Below, piece after piece: positions 51,670 through 64,000 of a stretch of 64,000 nt of DNA. Both the position numbers and the translations under genes were made by a program. Origin of the DNA: Anaeramoeba ignava BMAN (taxonomy: Eukaryota; Protista; Anaeramoebae). The DNA lies in NCBI GenBank assembly GCA_028826165.1, contig JAPDFW010000081.1:558001-622000 (forward strand). Direction: 5' to 3'. The notes under the pieces were generated by a model that had not been told where the DNA came from, did no database searches, and saw only the letters and a program-made list of their open reading frames with translations. Each line of letters begins with the position of its first letter. The stretch's first letter is position 1.

Positions 51670-54600
51670 ATGTTATCAAATTTTTTTGGTTTTAAATCAA
51701 CAAAACAAATTGTAGATACAATTATTAATCCTGAATGGATTATCCCTATTATTCCAAAAGGCAAAATCCTCAAAGAAACTTCAATAATTCTTAAAAGTAA
51801 CTCAAATATAAATTAAATATAAATCAAATATAAATCAAATATAAATCAAATATAAATCAAATATAAATTAAATATAAATTAAATATAAATCAAATATAAA
51901 TCAAATATAAATTAAATATAAATCAAATATTAAATTAAATATAAATTAAATATAAATTAAATATAAATTAAATATAAATCAAATATAAATCAAATATAAA
52001 TTAAATATAAATCAAATATAAATTAAATATAAATTAAATATAAATTAAATATAAATTAAATATGAATTAAATATAAATCAAATATAAATTAAATATAAAT
52101 CAAATATAAATTAAATATAAATAAAATATAAATTAAATATAAATTAAATATGAATTAAATATAAATCAAATATAAAATAAAATATAAATTAAATATAAAT
52201 ATAAAATAAATAAATATAAATTAAATATAAATCAAATATAAATTAAATATAAATTAAATATCAATTAAATATAAATTAAATATAAATCAAATTTAAATTA
52301 AATATAAATTAAATATAAATTAAATATAAATTAAATATAAATTAAATATAAATTAAATATAAATAAAATAAATAAATATAAATTAAATATAAATCAAAAT
52401 ATAAATCAAATCTAAATCAAATATAAATTAAATATAAATTAATTATAAATTAAATTTAAATCAAATATAAATCAAATATAAATATAAATATTAAATTAAA
52501 ATATATAAATTAAATTAAATATCAAATTTAAATCAAATTTAAATCAAAATAAATTAAATATAAATTAAATATAAATTAAATATAAATTAAATATAAATCA
52601 AATATAAATCAAATATAAATCATATATATATAAATCAAATATAAATTAAATATAAATTAAATATAAATCAAATATAAAATTAAAATAAATTAAATATAAA
52701 AAATTTAAATCAAATATGAATTAAATATAAATTAAAATAAAATATAAAAAAATATAAATTAAATATAAATTAAATATAAATTAAATATAAATTAAATATA
52801 AATTAAATATAAATTAAAATTAAAAATTAAATATATAAATTAAATATAAATTAAATTTAAATCAAATATAAATTAAATATAAATCAAATATAAATCAAAA
52901 TAAATTAAATATAAATTAAATATAAATTAAATATAAATTAAATATAAATCAAATAAAAAATTAAATATAAATAAAAATATATAAATCAAAAAATAAATCA
53001 AAATAAATAAAATAAATTAAATATAAATCAAATATAAATTAAATATAAATTAAATATAAATTAAATATAAATCAAATATAAAATTAAATATAAATCAAAT
53101 ATAAATTAAATATAAATTAAATATAAATTAAATATAAATTAAATATAAATCAAATATAAATTAAATATAAATTAAATATAAATTAAATATAAATCAAATA
53201 TAAATTAAATATAAATTAAATATAAATTAAATATAAATCAAATATAAATTAAATATAAATTAAATATAAATTAAATATAAATTAAATATAAATTAAATAT
53301 AAATTAAATATAAATTAAAATATAAATAAAATCAAAATAAATTAAATATAAATTAAATATAAATTAAATATAAATCAAATATAAATCAAATATAAATTAA
53401 ATATAAATTAAATATAAATTAAATATAAATCAAATATTAATCAAATATAAATCAAATATAAATTAAATATAAATTAAATATAAATCAAATATAAATCAAA
53501 TAAATAAATATAAATAAATAAATTAAAAATATAAAATTAAATATAAATCAAATATAAATCAAATATAAATTAAAATAAATAAAATCAAATATAAATAAAT
53601 ATACGTCAAATATAAAATTAAATATAAATTAAATATAAATTAAATATAAATTAAATATAAATTAAATATTAAATATAAATTAAATATAAATTAAATATTA
53701 AAATTAAATATAAATTAAATATAAATCAAATATAAATTAAATATAAATCAAATATAAATCAAATATAAATTAAATATAAATTAAATATAAATTAAATATA
53801 AATTAAATATAAATCAAATATAAATTAAATATAAATCAAATATAAATATTAATTAAATATAAATTAAATATTAATTATAAATTAAATATAAATTAAATAA
53901 ATAAATCAAATATAAATTAAATATAAATCAAATATAAATCAAATATAAATCAAATATAAATCAAATATAAATCAAATATAAATCAAATATAAATTAAATA
54001 TAAATTAAATATAAATCAAATATAAATTAAATATAAATTAAATATAAATCAAATATAAATCATATTTAAATCAAATATAAATTAAATATGAATAAATTTC
54101 ATAAAAAAAACAAAACAAGACGGTTTGATTCATGACATCTTGCCAACAAAAGAAGCTCAAACAAGATACACAACAAAAAACAAAAAACAAAACCACTTTT
54201 TAAAGAATCAAGCAGTAATACCAGGATTAATAAACGGACACGTTCACACAGCAATGACACTTCTCCGGGGTTACGCAGACGATTATCCACTTGAGAAATG
54301 GTTATTCTCATTCATGTTCCCAGCAGAAAAGGAGTTCATGAACGAAGAATTTGTGCGCGACGGAACAAGAATAGGAATTGCAGAGATGATCCGAACCGGA
54401 ACAACAACAGCAATTGATATGTATGACCACCCAAACGCAATAGTGGAAGCAACAAAACAAACAGGCATTCGAATGGCAGTTTCGTATCCAATTCACCAGA
54501 TTGAACGCGGACATAAAAGTGAGAATTCGGAAGAATTATTTTTTCGCCAGTTCAAACATAACCCCCTAATTTTCCCTATTTATGGACCACATTCAACATA

Positions 54601-55375
54601 CACTGTGCCTGAAAATGAGCTTAAAAGAATAACAGCAACAGGAGAAAGAATCACTATTCATCTCCACGAGACAAAAAAAGAAGTTGAGAATTTTGTCAAT
54701 AAACATGGCATTCGACCCGTTGAGTTTTTAAGAAAAATGGGGATGCTTAACTCGAATTGTATTACTGTTCATATGACCCAACTGCTTGATTCTGAGATAA
54801 AGCTCCTTGCGCAAACACAGACAACAGTTGCACACTGTCCGCAGTCGAATATGAAGCTTTGTTCGGGTATCTGCCGTGTCCAGGATCTTCTTGATTCAGG
54901 TGTTAATGTTTGTTTGGGAACTGATGGAACAGCTTCAAATAACGATCTTGACATGTTTGACGAAATGAAAACAGCTTCTTTACTAGGCAAAATTGGTTCA
55001 AATAAACCTGACGCTTTGACTGCTCAAACCGTTCTTGAAATGGCTACTATAAACGGTGCTAAAGCTCTGGGAAAAGAAGATCTTATTGGATCCGTGACTA
55101 AAGGAAAAATGGCTGATCTTGTTTCCGTTGATCTTTATAATTTACAATCTCAACCTGTTTATGACCCTATTTCCCAAATTGTTTATTGCGGTAATGGTCA
55201 GAGGGTTTCTAATGTTTGGGTAGCTGGTCAACAACTTTTGAGTAATAAAGTTCTTTGCACAATAGATTTGAAAGATTGTTTTAAATTGATTAAAAAATGG
55301 CAAAAGAAAATTTCTCGTTTTCGAAATGAAAATTTAAAGAAAATTAAAGAAAAAGAGAATAAAACAAAAAAATAA
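51670..55375 (+). CDS. Amidohydrolase, MTA/SAH-deaminase (MtaD, TRZ/ATZ)-like, ~460 aa, 2 exons
   Basis: Exons 51670-51796 and 54120-55375 join in phase 1 (LK-N-GLIHD). Metal-binding motifs are PGLINGHVH, PHSTY, IHLHET, VHMT and LGTDGTASNN. Confidence 0.9.
51803..54090. repeat. Intronic 11-bp minisatellite (aaatataaatt/c)n, 2.3 kb
   Basis: Direct inspection. Confidence 0.95.
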
Positions 55376-55611
55376 TAATAATAAAAATATAAATCTTTTT
55401 TTTAAATTCTTATTTTGATTTTTTCTTGATTTTTAATTGTTTGAAAGCAAAATCAAAAGAAAAAAAGAAAACCAAATTTTTTGAAAAGAAAAAGAAGAAG
55501 AAAAAAAAAGAAAAATCAAGAAAAAATGATTTTGTGAAAAATTAGGAAAGTAAAAAAAAAAAGAAAAAGAAAAAGAAAAAGAAAAAGAAAGATATCAAAC
55601 TTTAAATGCTT

Positions 55612-61470
<5,859 letters not shown>

Positions 61471-61905
61471 ACTCGAAGAGATGGTTTTTCAAAAAGCATT
61501 AATAAGGTTTTTTTCTCAAGTGCATTTGCAAATTGTTTTGGGTTCTTTTTCACTTCAAGAGCTAAATCAATAATCTTTAAAAATTCTTCACTTTTTAAAT
61601 CAGTAATTTTTGTAATATGTCTAACTGGCTAAAAGAATTAAAATAAATCAATCAAAAAAAAAAGAAAAAATTTTATTTTTTATTTTTATTTATTTTTTAA
61701 TTTAATTGCTGATTTGGAAAAAAAAAATTCAATAAAGTCAAAATAAAGAATTTACTTCCATAACTCAAATAAAAAATAATTGTAAAGAAAAAAAATGAAA
61801 TTTTAAAAAAAAAAAAAGGAAAAAATTTTTTTTTCATTTTTTAATTTTCTTGTTTTTTTTTTTGAATTGAAATTTTTAAAATTTTCTTTTTGTGTTCAAA
61901 ATAAA

Positions 61906-63914
61906 ATGCAATTTTTTGCAGATCTTCGAGAAACAGAACCAAAAACATTATTTGCAATGGGACTTAATTTTGCATCATCATTAAGCATAGTTTATTTCAA
62001 TAAAAAAATTTTTCTAGAAGGATTTAATTACAGTACAACAGTTGTTGCACTTCATTTTCTTTTTACTTCAATTGGGATACATCTTTGTGCTTATTTCAAG
62101 CTTTTTGAACCAAAAAAGATTCCATTCAAATCTGTTCTCAAACTTACTTTGAGTTTTTGTGGTTTTGTTGTTTTGACAAACTTATCTTTACAATACAATT
62201 CAGTTGGTTTTTATCAATTAATGAAAATTCTTACTTCTTTTTTTATTATTATCATCCAAATTCTTATTTATCGCGTCGAATTTGGAAGTAAAATTATTCA
62301 AACTGTTTTTGTTGTTATTTTGGGTGTTGTTATTGGTTCAGTCACAGATTTTTCTTTTAATGTCCTTGGTTCAATTATTGCATTATGTGGAGTTATTGTT
62401 ACATCTTTTTATCAAATTGTATTTGTTTCAAATTTCTATTTCTAATTCTATTAATTTAATTTTAATTTTAATTTTAATTTTAATTTTAATTTTAATTTTA
62501 ATTTTTTTAATTTTAATTTTAATTTTAATTTAATTTTAATTTTAATTTTAATATTAATTTTATTTTATTTCTAATTTAATATTTAATTTTATTTCTATTT
62601 CTATTTCTATTTCTATTTCTAATTTCTATTTTTTAATTCTAATTTCTAATTCTAATTCTAATTCTAATTCTAATTCTAATTCTAATTCTATTTCTATTTC
62701 TATTTCTATTTCTATTTCTATTTCTATTTCTATTTCTATTTCTATTTCTATTTCTATTTCTATTTCTATTTCTATTTCTAATTTCTATTTCTATTTCTAT
62801 TTCTAATTCTATTTCTATTTCTATTTCTATTTCTATTTCTATTTCTATTTCTATTTCTGTTTTCTATTTCTATTTCTAATTCTATTAATTTTAATTTTTA
62901 ATTTTAATTTTTTTTTAATTATTAATTTCTAATTTCTATTTCTATTTCTATTTCTATTTCTATTTCTATTTATTTCTATTCTGTTTCTGTTTCTATTTCT
63001 TCTAATTTATTTCTGTTTCTATTTCTAATTCTAATTCTAATTCTAATTCTAATTCTAATTCTAATTCTGTTTCTATTTCTGTTTTTCTATTTCTATTTTG
63101 TTCTATTTCTGTTTCTATTCTATTTCTGTTTCTGTTTCTGTTTCTATTCTATTTCTATTTCTATTTCTATTTCTGTTCTGTTTCTATTTCTATTTCTATT
63201 TCTATTTCTATTTCTAATTCTATTTCTATTTCTATTTTCTATTTCTAATTCTATTTCTATTTCTGTTTCTATTTCTAATTCTAATTTTTATTCTATTTCT
63301 GTTTCTGTTTCTAATTCTATTTATTTCTAATTTCTATTTCTAATTCTGTTTTCTGTTTCTATTTCTAATTTCTATTTCTATTTCTAATTCTATTTCTATT
63401 TCTATTTCTAATTCTAATTCTAATTCTATTTCTATTTCTAATTCTATTTCTAATTCTAATTCTATTTCTATTTCTATTTCTATTTATTTTAATTCTAATT
63501 CTAATTCTAATTTAATTCTATTTCTATTTTTTTCTGTTTTATTTCTATTTCTAATTTCTAATTCTATTTCTATTTCTATTTCTATTTCTATTTCTATTTC
63601 TATTTCTAATTCTAATTCTATTTCTATTTCTATTTCTATTTCTATTTCTATTTCTATTTCTATTTCTATTTCTATTTCTATTTCTATTTCTATTTCTATT
63701 TCTAATTCTATTTCTATTTCTAATTCTATTTCTATTTCTAATTCTATTTCTATTTCTAAAGTGGGTTGGTTCTGAACAAAAATCTCAGAATATTGATAGT
63801 ACTCAATTATTATATTATCAAGCTCCATTATCATTTCTTTTACTTTGTTTTATTGCTCCAATGATGGATCCATTTTCAGAAATTGTTCATTTTAATTATA
63901 CACCTAAACTTGTT
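61906..63914 (+). CDS. SLC35E3/UXT-like nucleotide-sugar transporter (TPT family), 3' end outside window
   Basis: Exons 61906-62418 and 63762-63914, with motifs SIVYFNKKIF, FCGFVVLTNLSLQYNSVGFYQLMK and TSFYQI|WVG...QLLYYQAPLS. Confidence 0.9.
62445..63758. repeat. Intronic (ttttaa)n then (tttcta)n satellite
   Basis: Direct inspection. Confidence 0.95.
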
Positions 63915-64000
63915 GTAAATAAAATTAAAATCAAAATCAAAATTAAAATTCATTTTGATTTAAAAATTAAAATTAAAATTCATTTTGATTTAAAAATTAA

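Overview
AT-rich eukaryotic genomic DNA with GT-AG spliceosomal introns and the standard genetic code. It is probably from an anaerobic protist. The Giardia-type ornithine carbamoyltransferase and the BTB-TLDc gene suggest a metamonad such as Anaeramoeba (inference). About 17 protein genes are tightly packed, often 115-300 bp apart, while many introns are inflated by intron-specific AT micro/minisatellites. In order, the genes encode a BTB-BACK-TLDc protein, a G-alpha subunit, a repeat-rich CaaX protein, a putative multi-PH protein, an unknown protein, an F-box/LRR protein, a choline transporter-like protein, major vault protein, two tandem SDRs, an ankyrin-repeat kinase, a UBA-Ariadne E3, a USP9/24/34-like DUB, a bacterial-type MTA/SAH deaminase, an Ato/SatP transporter, OTC and an SLC35E3-like transporter. 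The outstanding feature is invisible to the ORF track. In the ankyrin-kinase gene (28139-33455), each of 11 junctions between ankyrin exons holds exactly two 3-nt, single-codon, phase-0 micro-exons (AG-NNN-GT; 22 in total). They supply precisely the two beta-hairpin-tip residues missing from the ankyrin consensus, which are variable ligand-contact positions. The attached TKL-type kinase also has a WNK-like relocated catalytic lysine. All gene models were derived by hand from splice signals and reading frame; there is no transcript evidence.
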